Assembly (NCBI RefSeq): GCF_006345805.1
Contig: NC_042997.1
Coordinates: 210,676,001 to 210,740,000, forward strand
From: Octopus sinensis
Taxonomy: Eukaryota
Direction of reading: 5' to 3'
Length of the DNA stretch: 64,000 nt
The notes below the pieces were generated by a model that was given only the letters and a program-made list of their open reading frames with translations, did not search any database and was not told the DNA's origin. Position numbers and translations under genes: made by a program. Shown piece after piece: positions 25,973 to 39,040 of this stretch. Positions within the stretch are counted from its first letter, which is position 1; the number at the start of each line of letters is the position of its first letter.

Positions 25973-26407
25973 CACATATGAGCTTTCCAAACATCCTAGG
26001 GGGTGAGGCTACACTCATGAAGTATCGAAGAGAGTTCTATAAAAAGCAAAGCTAGATTGTAAGTAGACTTCAAAAGTTCTCTAATGATGTACAGTTTTAT
26101 AAAATTGTATTTGCTGCAATATTTGCAGCTTTTAATAAATCTGTTCTTCGTACTGAACAACTAATCCATTCTTGTTGCTTTTTTCTTGTTTATATAATGA
26201 AGTAGATGAGATGCGGGCTACGGCAACCTTGGTCGCTATCGTGAAATAGGAAAATAACTTTTTACAGTTTATCGTACTTCGACACGAAAACATCTACAGC
26301 CTTCTATTTCAATAAACCACTGTTGTCCCTGAAAGTTGTGTTTATTTTTACTACGGATTGCTTGAAACTAACTTTCTTCCTCCACCTCGATCCCTGAATC
26401 CGGTATA

Positions 26408-26588
26408 TACTCTTTTACTCATTTCCGTCATTTGACCGCGGCCATGCTGGAGCACCGCCTTTAAACGAGCAACTCGACCCCGGGACTTATTCTTTTGTAA
26501 GCCCAGTACTTATTCTATCGGTCTCTTTTTGCCGAACCGCTAAGTAACGGGGACATAAACACACCAGCATCGGTTGTCAAACAATGCT

Positions 26589-26627
<39 letters not shown>

Positions 26628-26745
26628 TATATATATATATATATATACACATATACGACGGGCCACTCACAAGGCTTTGGTCGGCCCGAGGCTATAGTAT
26701 AAGACACTTGCCCAAGGTGCCACGTAGTGGGACTGAACCCGGAAC
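26408..26745 (-). mobile_element. SINE family B, truncated head
   Basis: Similarity to the other copies. Confidence 0.82.
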
Positions 26746-27347
26746 CGAGACAAGAAATACTTTTTGCCGCATTTTATGGAGACAAAAGGGCTTATAGGAC
26801 TGCAAAAAAAGAAGAAGTGCTCAAATGAAATTGAGACAGAGAACGACTTGTGAACGACTTGTTTGTGAAATTCCAGTTCATCCTGATGAGGGGGCCATTG
26901 CCAAGATGCGCTTTAACTCGCAATCGGACCGCAGCAGTGAACATAGTTGTGTTTTGACCTGATTTTATGGAACTCGCTTACGCTCCTTGGACTTCAACCT
27001 ACCATGACTTTTGAGGAACGAACTATTTTGATATATTTTTAATTGAGGGGAGTAAAAGCTTTCTTTTTTAGTCGATTGATACTTTTTAGTTTTTTAATCG
27101 CTTGAAACGGTTTAGTAATATCTTTTGATTACTCATTTTAGTCGATTTGTAAATACCTTTTCTTGATTGGCCTTTCTATATATTTTGCATTTTTATGTGC
27201 ATATATATATATTTACCTTCTTTACTTTTATATATGTATTCCTTTTATATGTCGAAGGCCATGGTAATATTTATATATGATGAAAAGTATGGAAGCGAGG
27301 CGTTATATGAAGTCGTTGGCCCGAATTTGATGTTTGTTCTGTAATCA

Positions 27348-27370
<23 letters not shown>

Positions 27371-27378
<8 letters not shown>

Positions 27379-27556
27379 GAATGAGGTAATCAGAAGATCG
27401 GATGGTTCATGTTTATAGATATTTATTTATATATTACATTTTTATATTTATATATTACATATATATATATCATATATATGTAAAAAATGTAATATATAAA
27501 TAAATATCTATAAACATGAACCATCCGATCTTCTGATTACCTCATTTCTTCTAATA
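27371..27556. repeat. Inverted repeat (~75 bp arms) between (TA)n tracts
   Basis: tattagaagaatgaggtaatcagaagatcggatgg... pairs with ...ccatccgatcttctgattacctcatttcttctaata. Confidence 0.85.
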
Positions 27557-27589
27557 GATAATACCTGTACATCATCTCCAAACCTTCCA

Positions 27590-27655
<66 letters not shown>

Positions 27656-27656
27656 C

Positions 27657-27688
<32 letters not shown>

Positions 27689-27741
27689 ATATATGTATAT
27701 ATATATATATGTGTATATATATGTGTGTATATATATATGTG

Positions 27742-27850
<109 letters not shown>

Positions 27851-28036
27851 TAAGTAATTAAGGGTTTAGCAACGAGTTGCCTCACCACACACCGAATTTA
27901 GAAATAGCAGTCAAGAGTTATAGCTATTCTTTCTACTAAAAGGGAGATCTCAGTAAAACCACAGCACTTGAAAGGCAAACACAGACAGGCAAGAGAGAGA
28001 GAAATGACGGCAATCTATCATACAATTTTTAAGTCA

Positions 28037-28127
28037 CCTACGGACGTACGTTTCGAAATTAAGTTTTAGGAAAGCATAAGAATTAGATAATCATGTCTTA
28101 CCCAACTTCTTTTCTCATCAGCGTAGG
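28037..28127 (-). ncRNA. Type I hammerhead ribozyme (canonical core) inside direct-repeat element 27848-28519
   Basis: CCUACG-CUGAUGA-GAAA..UUUC-GAAA-CGUACG-UC^CGUAGG; ~90 bp direct repeats at 27848-27938 and 28428-28519. Confidence 0.85.
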
Positions 28128-28544
28128 ACACTACAATTATGAATAATTGTATATTAAATTTCGAGATACTAGAAGGCATCATCTCAACTCAGTATCAGAG
28201 CGAGCTAAAACCGTTACCAGTATCACCAAATTCAAAGTGTGAATGAAAGTTTGTGTCACCAACCCCTTCCCACCAGCGTGTAGCCAAGAGATGTTGCGGT
28301 CATTTACTGGGATGAAATATGGTTATCAGTAATAATATAGGGTGAAATTAATTAATTTGGAATAATCATTAATTTCACCAAGTAGATTTCGGCATGTAAA
28401 AGCCTCATTTGAGGAAAGTTTAAGTAATACTAAGTAATTAAGGGTTTAGCAACGATTTGCCTCACCACACACCGAATTTAGAAATAGCAGTCAAAGAGTT
28501 ATAGCTATTCTTTCTACTATATATATATACACATTGAATATAGA

Positions 28545-29330
28545 TACCTAGCTCATGATATTGGCCTATATCGTGGTCACCAGTTTAGGTATTTCCCATG
28601 GGTGTATTGGTCACACTCTTGATAGATTTAGGAAGGAACTAATTTCACCTTTTAATCAATTAGGACTTAAAACCACAGTAGCTACTAATCTCTGTTTAAC
28701 TGATTATGTAGATGTTTCCCTAGATTTAACCTCCTCCTCGTATAAACCTTCCCATAAGCCTAATGAGAAACTCACATATATACACAAACAGTCTTGTCAC
28801 CCTCCTGTAGTATTTAAAAATCTGATAGCTAATATTAGTAACAGAGTTTCTAACATATCTTCTTCCAAAGAAATTTTCGACAAAGCTGCCCCCTATTATG
28901 CTTCAATGATAAATTAATATATAACCCCTCTATTAATCAAGATATTAATAATAGATCAAAGATAAAGTAGTTCATAGCCACTCGAGTATTAATCAGGATA
29001 ATAAGAAACCAAAAATAGGCCAAGGGAAATTATTTGGTTCGTCCTTCCCTTTTCCATTAATATAAAAACCAACATTGGTAAAAGATTCCTGTCACTCCTA
29101 TACAAACACTTTCTAGCCACTCACAGATCCAGGAAAATATTCAATAGGCATTCTGTGAAATTATCATATAGCTGTTGCCCCAATATGAAGAGTATCATTA
29201 CACATGGTCAATGCCAAGTACTTGAATCCAGTTGCAACTGTTGTGACCCAGAATCCTGTCCACTTGACCAATGATGTATGACTAAATCTATCATATATGA
29301 AGCAGAAATTACTGCAACCCTAAACCATGC
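28545..29330 (+). mobile_element. Second PLE fragment (RT thumb to start of GIY-YIG), different lineage, pseudogenised
   Basis: DYVDVSLDL, YKPSHKPN, YIHKQSCHPP, IIWF..PFS..IKTNIGKRFL, IFNRHSVKLSYSCCPN, CNC..PESCPL, SIIYEA. Confidence 0.85.
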
Positions 29331-30004
29331 TAACGTCTACAGCTATGCAAGCCCTCGGTGAAGTCGGTTCCCTCCACCGACAGTTCGTTGGCATGAAAAC
29401 TGTTGGCTCACTTCTCCTTCGAAAATATATCGCATTTTTCCCACAATCAACGACTGATTCCCACATTGGTCTGCAGCCATTACTATGCGAGATATTATTC
29501 CAGAAACAGTGGCATCGTTATTTCTTACTGACTGGAGTTTCCACTTTGGAAACTAAGCATGTTGCTTAGCCAAATTAGCCCATCATTTACTCCACAAAAG
29601 TTTTGCTGTCAATGCTGCACTTTCCCATACAGTTCGTAATATTCAAATTAAGTTTGAACTTCTGTTATGAGGAAGAAAAAGCTATCGGAGATCTATCCCA
29701 ATTTCAACTAACTAGACTCTGCCAAAGGCCACCAGGGGTCACATGAAGACGTTAAACTGAATGACGAATTAGATCTCTGGTTTGACTTTAAAAGACGTGA
29801 TGGTCACGCCGGAAAAGTTTTCGATTAAACGTTCTCTCAAATGAGATGAGGCTAAACGCACAGACTCTGAGTTGGAATTTGGATACGAATAGCATCTATG
29901 CAGGAGTGAAATTTTTATAGGATCGTCAAATAATTGTTTCGAAAATTTCTGATTCGGGGTTATTTCCAACAGACTTCATATCGATATAAGGGCATGTTTT
30001 GTGT

Positions 30005-30083
<79 letters not shown>

Positions 30084-30709
30084 CATCCGTGTCCGTTACT
30101 TCAACAGTTTATCAACACATACCACACGTAGTCTGTGTTCATAGACGCTTTTATCTCTTTCTCTCCCTTCCTCATTCTCACTCTGGCACCCTCCTACTAT
30201 ATTCATGTTGTTATGTCAATGGCGAAAGAAATATTTTCCTCTTACATATTGCAACTTTACATATAAAGTGCTGACACGTGTCACTGCAAATAATATTTTA
30301 GAGACTTTTCATACAAATTACTTTCGTTATAAATATTCCATCCTAAGTTTTTGAAATTAGTCAAATGAACAACACCGACAACCGTGCAACCGCGAGAAGT
30401 GACCAAGTCGGCAACATTTCTGATCACATTTCAACGTACGGCTCTCTCCTCATTCAGAGACTGATATTACGGAAGAAGTAAAAGACTCTTCACAACTCCC
30501 TTATTTCCATCGGGACTTTACCATTTAAATGATATAATTTATCGTTTTGATGAAAACCTTCTGGCAACACTCAACACTTGTAGAATCAAAAAGTGATATT
30601 TCCGATGAGATCCATTTACATCAATTCCCAGAAAATTCAGCGAGGCGTCTTCCTTCTTTCTTTAAGTTTTTACTTTTAAATGATTAATAATTCTTAATAG
30701 ATCGTTTGT

Positions 30710-30765
<56 letters not shown>

Positions 30766-31094
30766 AACATATATGTATATATGTTTATTTTATTCAATTC
30801 GAAATAATATTTTTCAATATTATTTGAAACTAATATCTTTCTAAATTTTTATTTCATCCCTTATAATGTTAATGATAAATAATTCAAAAACAATATAACT
30901 TATTGATATCGCTTTGTATATTTTCTTACCATTTTCGTTACTCAAGAAAATATGTCTTTTTTTTCAAAAAAATAATCTATTTGTACATATCGAATCAGTA
31001 ATTTAAAAATACATATTTTATTAAAATATCCATAACAATATCGGTATCAAATACCGGTATTGGAAATTTTGTTATTTTAACACCCTCTCTCTTC

Positions 31095-31147
<53 letters not shown>

Positions 31148-31251
31148 GTATGTGTGTATGTATGTATGTGTGTGTGTGTGTGTATAAAACGAGTGAAGAC
31201 TGGAATTGTTGGTATCACATTCTACTGTTGTGTTTTTGTGTACAGATGCAC

Positions 31252-31316
<65 letters not shown>

Positions 31317-32340
31317 TGTGTGTGTGTGTGTGTAGACGATATGTTCATGTAACGAACATTGCTGATATAGAAAGCGAAGCTGATTGGCCAGAAAGCGAGA
31401 AGAAACATAAATATTAGGAATAGAAACTAAAAAATAGGAAGAAGGTTTATATTTTTTTAGCACTTAATATTCGATGAATGGGAACTGCATGAGGACCACT
31501 TCATCAGTGTTGCTAACGGACAATCAAACTTCTCTCAAGAACAAGAAATTTCTTTCAGTAGTGGAAACAGCAATTACTGGGACTTTGAATCTCAAAAGAC
31601 AGGAGTTTGTATCCCATCTTATATTGTGTGGCACTCAGCATCACAATCTGGATTTCTTGGACTTAAATAAAATATTAAAATATTAAAAACTGAAATTTGA
31701 TTCCAATATTCATAGATGAATGAAGTTTTTTGATGAAATATCAAAAATTAAGAACTATTCTGAAGCAACCAAAAACACCCAACTTTTCGCAAGAAGCACG
31801 ACAACAGGAAGTAAATGTGTTGGGATTTTATAAGAAACGATAACTTTAAATGTTTGAATGTTTTTCCAAATAATTTCAGTTGTGGTTTTCAGTTCCTGGG
31901 ACTTTAGCTGAACGGAGTTTTAGTGTAATGAAAAAAGCGAAAGAAAAGAAAGAATGTTTTGTTGACAATGATGTGAGTTTCTGATTAATCTAAACTTAAA
32001 ATTAATTGTTTTTTAATTGTTTAGATTTTTCAGGGAAAAAAAATGAAACCCTTTCCCTAAAGTATGCAAAAAGGCGAGGGAAAACGAAATTCTAGAAATT
32101 AAAAGTGTTTAAATGTTGTAAAATTATTGTATTATTATTTCAACGAAGGACTATCGAAGACCACAACGAAAGAAGCAAAACCTTTAGCAACAACAGCTAT
32201 TTACCCTAGCAAGACATTTTAAAGTTTAGGGTTCTTAACCATTTTTTTACCTATAGACCCCTTTGATTGCTCTTTTAATTGAGTGGGCCTTTCAAGTCAT
32301 TCGATGGTCAGAAGGGTCCGTCCCATTTATTGGAGGTAAA

Positions 32341-32910
32341 GGCGGCGAGCTGACAGAAACGTTAGCACGCCGGGCGAAATGCGTAGCCGTATTTCGTCTG
32401 CCGCTACGTTCTGAGTTCAAATTCCGCCGAGGTCGACTTTGCCTTTCATCCTTTCGAGGTCGATAAATTAAGTACCAGTTACGCACTGGGGTCGATGTAA
32501 TCGACTTAATCCGTTTGTCCCCTCTGTGTTTAGCCCCTTGTGGGTAGTAAAGAAATAGGTATTTCGTCTGCCGCTACATTCTGAGTTAAAGTACCGCCGA
32601 GGTCGACTTTGCCTTTCATCCTTTCGGGTTCGATTAAATAAGTACCAGTTACGCACTGGGGTCGATATAATCGACTTAATCCGTTTGTCTGTCCTTGTTT
32701 GTCCCCTCTGTGTTTAGTCCCTTGTGGGCAGTAAAAAAATACGCATTTCGTTTGCTTTTACGTTCTGAGTTCAAATTCCACCGAGTTCGACTTTGCCTTT
32801 TGTCCTTTCAGGGTCGATAAATTAAGTACCAGTTGCGTACTGAGGTCAATCTAATCGACTGGCCCCCTCCCACAAAATTTCGGGCTTTGTGCCTAGAGTA
32901 GAAAAGAATA
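32341..32910 (+). mobile_element. SINE family A trimer
   Basis: Head ggcggcgagctgacagaaacgttagc followed by three bodies. Confidence 0.88.
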
Positions 32911-33133
32911 TTATAAGGAATTGTATATAAAAATTGTTAAAATATTTTGTGTATAACCAATTTAATGCTGATAAATTTTAACAGCAAAATCCCAAATGGA
33001 CCCTAAAGGCTCATATAGACCCCCATTGAGAACTACTGCTTTATATCAACAAGTGGCTTACTAATAGACATTCAGAAGAATTTATTTATAAATTTCCAAA
33101 TCTATTTTGCCTTTTTAGATCAATTTAATAGAG

Positions 33134-33405
33134 ATGGTCATCCAGTTCGTGAGAAATCTCGTAAATGAAAAACGGGAAATTATTGTCAGATACATTCGTA
33201 GACGTTCCCTATTCATCCTCATCTTTTCCCATGGGACAAAGAATTTAGCAGACACAGTTACAGAATTCCTGAAAGAGAACAACATCCCGTTATCAAAGTG
33301 CCCTGACCAGTGTTATGACGATGATTCAAATAGAACAGAACACTCCACTGCATTGGAAGCACCAGTCTGTAAAGCGAATATATTTGCTGTTTATATTCCT
33401 TGTCC
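33134..33405 (+). pseudogene. hAT-superfamily transposase fragment
   Basis: C.DQCYDDDSN....ALEAPVCKANIFAVYIPC resembles the hAT CRGQ.YDNA.NM...YI.C..H motif. Confidence 0.7.
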
Positions 33406-34271
33406 TGAAGCTGGCGAGACGGAAGAGTCGTTAGCAGGCAGAGCAAAATACTTAACGTGTGTCTTTGCGTCCTGAGTTCAAATTCCGCCAAGGTCGACGT
33501 TGCCTTTCATTCTTTTGGAGTCAACAAAATAAATAAATATTTCTTTACTACCCACAAGGGGTTAAGGACAGACAAAGAGATTAAATCGATTACATCGACC
33601 CCAGTGCGTAACTGGTACTTAATTTATCGACCCCCGAAAGGATGAAAGGCAAAGTCGACCTCGGTGGAATTTTGAACTGAGAACGTAACGGCAGACGAAA
33701 TATGGCTACGCATTTCGCCCGGCGTGCTAACGTTTCTGCCAACTCGCTCGTCAATAATATAAATACCAGTTGAGTTCTGGGGTCGACGTAATCGACTTCC
33801 CCACCACCACGCCTCCGAAATTGTTAGCCTTGTCCCTAAATCTGAAACCAATATTCCTTGCGCTGGGCAACGTCCTTAGTTTAATTCAACTTTGACGTGA
33901 TGTGAGGACATTGACTTTAGAGCACGTCAGCAGCTTCCGTCTAGCTTACGTGACTAAACTACTTATCAACTAACCTTCCCTCTGGCCATTAAAACCGACC
34001 ACAACGAAGCCAATCATTCCACTCAAGATCGTTGACACACTTTACACAACATTACTGTCACAGTTGACCAACCTGCTGCACTCATTATTAACGGTAAATT
34101 TCGTGCAATTCTTTATGCTATTAAATGGAAGTACGCTAATTGAATTCAAGCCTTACACTATTTACCATCAGTTTAAACCAGAAAGAAATATTATAATCGT
34201 AGCGCATATACATACATCCATGCATATATATATATATGCATAGAGTGTTAGGTGTGGTGTACAGACACTGA

Positions 34272-34445
34272 ATATTGAGAAAAAGGGGCGCCAAAATTTT
34301 AGTAAAAAATCTTTTAATTTCTTTATTATTAGCGCCTTCTTTCGTTTCTCGAACTTGTCAGAGTTCGAGAAACGAAAGAAATCGCTAATGATAAAGAAAT
34401 TAAAAGATTTTTTCCAAAATTTTGGAGCCCCTTTTTCTCAATATA
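34272..34445. repeat. Imperfect palindrome (~85 bp arms)
   Basis: atattgagaaaaaggggcgccaaaatttt... pairs with ...aaaattttggagccccttttttctcaatat. Confidence 0.85.
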
Positions 34446-34535
34446 TAAACACCCATATATACATATATATATTTAAAATATATATACACACACATATATA
34501 TATATATATATATAATATATATATTATATATATAT

Positions 34536-34583
<48 letters not shown>

Positions 34584-34717
34584 ATAATGTATATATATCA
34601 CAATCAAGGAACGGCCATAATAGGCCATTCACCCACTAGAAATAACAGCCAAAGCTTCAACGCAAAATAACATTAATTCCGTAAACAGGAGAAAATTAAA
34701 AAACATTTACCCTGTAA

Positions 34718-34821
34718 TTTCTTATACGATGCACCGTTTCATCTACTGTTTAATGGTAAACTAACCTGATTAAATAAATCAAGCCAATCTTCCATAGGCC
34801 CTTAGATTCGTCAGTAAGAAA
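34718..34821 (-). ncRNA. Type I hammerhead ribozyme in inverted-repeat element 34596-35270
   Basis: UUUCUUA-CUGACGA-AUCUA..UAGAU-GAAA-CGGUGCAUCG-UA^UAAGAAA; arms 34596-34807 and 34957-35169. Confidence 0.8.
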
Positions 34822-35287
34822 TAGCCAGATCGGAACAGATATTTTCACGAGGCATTTCTGTCCCTGCCTCGGCAATATCTGACCTAAAATTTTCAAATCA
34901 TCGCACTCGCGCCAAATTTATCGGCAGCAAATAAATATAAGCCGCCGATTCCATCGATCTAAGGGCCTATGGAAGATTGGCTTGAATTATAATTTAATCA
35001 GGTTAGTTTACCATTAAACAGTAGATGAAACGGTGCATCGTAAAGAATTACAGGGTAAATGTTTTTTAATTTTCTCCTGGTTTACGGATTAATGTTATTT
35101 GCGGTTGAAGCTTTGGCTGTTATTTCTAGTGGGTGAATGGCCTATTATGGCCGTTCCTTGATTGTGATGTTGAACTTAAAAATGGTCTATGACTTTAATT
35201 TTTTCCCCACTAGGCCGCTGGTGGCAACAAAATTCTACAAAATTTTTTGCCACCCTATATTGATTAATATATGTATATATATATATA

Positions 35288-35328
<41 letters not shown>

Positions 35329-35883
35329 TATATATATAATATATTATCCAAACAAAAAGCACAAAGAAAACCACAACGCGAGGACGTGGAACAAATATAG
35401 TATTATTGGACGCTCAGGAAAGAAGGAAAGAAGGAAGGTTTAACGTTCGAGCGGAGCTCTTCGTCGGAAACATAGGAGAAGGAAAGATCCAGAGAAGGAA
35501 GACAGAGGAAGAAAAATCGCCAACGGTACACACGATATATATTGTTCCATTTCATTTTTTATTTGTTTCAGTCATTTGACTGTGGCCATGCTGAAGCACC
35601 GCGTTTAGTCGAACAAATCGATCCCAGGACTTATTCTTTGCAAGCCTAGTACTTATTCTATCGGTTCCTTTTTGCCGAACCGCTAAATTATCGAGACGTA
35701 AACACACCAATATCGATTGTCAAGCGATGGTGGGGACAAACACAGACACACAAAGATATTATATATGTATGTATATATATATATATATATATATTATTAT
35801 GGCTGCCCCCTCGTATCGAGTATGGCCATTGCACGAAGCTTAACTGTTACTGGTGCTTGTGATCGAATGTGATATATACATAC

Positions 35884-35915
<32 letters not shown>

Positions 35916-36341
35916 TATATTATATATATATATAATATATTATATATATATTATATATATATATATATATATACATATATATACTATATATATATTATAT
36001 AAGTCAGTAAATGGTGGGTTGTGTTAACCGCACGTGGAGAAATGATAGGAGACTTTCAATTTAGCATTCTGCCTTATTATTTTTTCCTCCCATATATATA
36101 TATATATATATATATAATCTATGTAGAATATTATTCGCCGGTTTACAGAAACATAGACGCATTTCCATCTACCAAATTCTACTCACAGGCATTGGTCAAC
36201 CAAAGGAGTCTTACAGTGAAATCGAACCTGCAATGACACAGCTATGGCCGCGCCTATCGTTATTAAGATTTCATATTATTTAGAGTATATTTTCAATTTA
36301 AAATATCCATACCTCATTCTTACAGTGTATATATAAACAAT

Positions 36342-36724
36342 GTGGAGACGCAATGGCCCAGTGGTTAGGGCAGCGGACTCGTGGTCGTAGGATCGTGTTT
36401 TCGATTCCCAAACCGGGCGTTGTGAGTGTTTATTGAGCGAAAACACTTAAAGTTCTACGAAGCTCCGGCAGGGGATGGTGGTGAACCCCGCTGTACTCTT
36501 TCACAACTTTCTCTCACTCTTTCTTCCTGTTTCTGTTGTACCTGTATTTCAAAGGGACCAACCCTGTCACACTCTGTGTCACGCTGAATCTCCCCGAGAA
36601 CTACGTTGAGGGTACGTTAAATGTGTCTGTGGAGTACTCAGCCACTTGCACGTTAATTTCACGAGCAGGCTGTTCTGTTGATCGGATCAACTGGAACCCT
36701 CATCGTCGCAACCGACGGAGTGCC
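36342..36724 (+). mobile_element. tRNA-derived SINE family C
   Basis: A box tggcccagtgg, B box-like tttcgattccc; other copies at 56626-57014, 57917-58160, 55985-56312 and 9678-9775. Confidence 0.85.
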
Positions 36725-37123
36725 ATAGTAATATTAACAGTGTTATATCAATTCCTCGCCTTTCCAGTGTGTATATTTCACGATTCATAGCTCTCCCCTC
36801 TGTTTACATCAATTCTAATTCCTATCGCCATCAGATATGTTATTCCCAGATATTTCTACAGTCACAGACACGATTCGAACTGGAAACCTTTAGTTTCAAA
36901 CCATTAGCAGTAATATCTGTCTCCATCAGGAATCGGTAAATAAACAGCTGTCTGCTTTTGTGTGCGGACAACAATAACGCAACAGACCAATTATCACGTC
37001 ATGTAGACAGCCTTATTGTAAATATTTAGCAGAAAGAAATGATTAATGCTCAGCGGATATTATGGCGTTAATCAACTCGACGACACCACCACCACCACTA
37101 CCACTACCACTACCAGCAGCAGC

Positions 37124-37163
<40 letters not shown>

Positions 37164-37615
37164 ACGATTTCTTACGTAGTCACGATGCCATAACTTTAGG
37201 TGTGAGAGGTTTTAGCTGATTAAATATCGACCGCAGTAGTTTTCTGGTACTTTATTTTGTCGTTCTCAGCAGGAAGAATATCGAAACTGAGTTTCGATAT
37301 TGGGACTTGAATTCAGAGGGATAGTACTACCACAAGGTATATATTTTTTCTCTTCCTGGATACATTTCTTCGTCCAATAGAAAGACATAGAAAGCGGGAT
37401 GAACAAAACCAAGTGATTTAAAAGCGATTTGTTACGCAACAGAATAAAATAATTAGAAGAAAATTTATAATATAAATATATAATTCATACATATATACAT
37501 ATATGTACATATATATAACGGGAAGCTTTATGAAAATAAACAAAAGACGAAGGCAGGTGGAATACAAACAAACAATTGTATTAGTATGACGCTCAGGAAT
37601 ATAAATAGAACAAGT

Positions 37616-37651
37616 CTTTTACGTTTCGAGCCTACGCTCTTCAACAGAAAG
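37616..37651 (-). ncRNA. Minimal hammerhead-like motif, U6 variant family (also 38815-38850 +, 43595-43630 -)
   Basis: CUUU-CUGUUGA-A-GAGC-GUAG-GCUC-GAAA-CG-UA^AAAG. Confidence 0.55.
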
Positions 37652-37766
37652 ATACACAGAAAAGAAAACACAGAAGAAACAAGGAGAGAAAAAAATGCGT
37701 GCAGAGGCTAGCGAATATACATATATGTACATATATATATATATATATATATAATATATAATATAT

Positions 37767-37803
<37 letters not shown>

Positions 37804-37806
37804 GTA

Positions 37807-37841
<35 letters not shown>

Positions 37842-37871
37842 TCAAAATAAAAATATGATTCAAAGGATTTA

Positions 37872-37957
37872 GCGGTACATATGTTTCAGGCCTATTAGAC
37901 GGTTTTATAACAATGCATAATTGATGTAAATGTGGGTCTATGGCCTTCTTCAGCCGC
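37872..37957 (-). ncRNA. Type I hammerhead ribozyme (canonical core) in inverted-repeat element 37835-38100
   Basis: GCGG-CUGAAGA-AGGCC..GGCCU-GAAA-CAUAUG-UA^CCGC. Confidence 0.85.
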
Positions 37958-38477
37958 GTACAATTACTAAAGGCCCGAAACATATGTACCGCTAAATCCT
38001 TTGAATCATGCTTTTATTTTGATTAATATACTTTATCACCTACACCACTAAAATGGTATATACAGGTGCTTACAACTATCAAGTATTCACCTGAATTTAT
38101 ATATATATTATATATATGCATATATATAATAGATATTTTAAAATAACTAAGTCTCTCTAAAAGAGAACAGCGGCAGCGTTCCCGAAAATAATAGTTATCG
38201 CCATACTAATATGGCATTCTATAAAAATAAGAAAAAAGCTGTCCGCTTATTAGCTCCATGAGGCCATCGCCTTAAGTTAGCTATTGATACGCAAACTGTA
38301 TCCATATACCTTCGAACAAGGGAGGTCAGTCGCTCCACACTACTTGACCGGCAGCTAGAGAGACTTAGTTATTTTAATATTTCTATTATTGAAAACAAGT
38401 GGATGTATTCCACCGAAACTAGGTTAATAAAACCATCGAACAGAGATTGTCGGAAGCGACACCTACTGGCTGGCTAC

Positions 38478-38519
38478 GCTGCATTGAAAAGGGGCAATAC
38501 CCCGAAACGCGTCTGTAGC
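38478..38519 (+). ncRNA. Minimal hammerhead, U3:A8 core variant, in inverted-repeat element 38135-38697
   Basis: GCUGCA-UUGAAAA-GGGG-CAAUA-CCCC-GAAA-CGCG-UC^UGUAGC. Confidence 0.78.
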
Positions 38520-38982
38520 TGCCGGTCAAGTAGTGTGGAGCGACTGACCTCCCTTGTTCGAAGGTTATATGGATACAGTTTGTGTATCAAATAGCTAACT
38601 TAAGGCGATGGCTCTGGAGCTAAAGAGCTAATAAGCGGACAGCTTTTTTCTTATTTTTATAAGAATGCCATATTAGTATGGCGATAACTATTATTATATG
38701 CATATATACATATATATATGGATAGATTCGCCATGATTGATCGCTAGCCACTACACACAGTTTTCTCTCCTTATTTTTCTCTCCTTGTTTCTCTCCTTGT
38801 TTCTTTCTGTGTTCCTTTCTGTAGAAGAGCGTAGGCTCGAAATGTAAAAGACTTTTTCTATTCCTGAGTGTTAAACTAATACATCAGTTTGTTGTATACA
38901 CCAACTGTCTTCGTCTTTTGTTTTCTTTGTAACTTTCCCTATATATATTATAATATTATATATATATATATATAATCTATAT

Positions 38983-39040
<58 letters not shown>

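Noticed and set aside
26878-26905. CTGATGAG motif
   Set aside because: No stem II/GAAA partner found.
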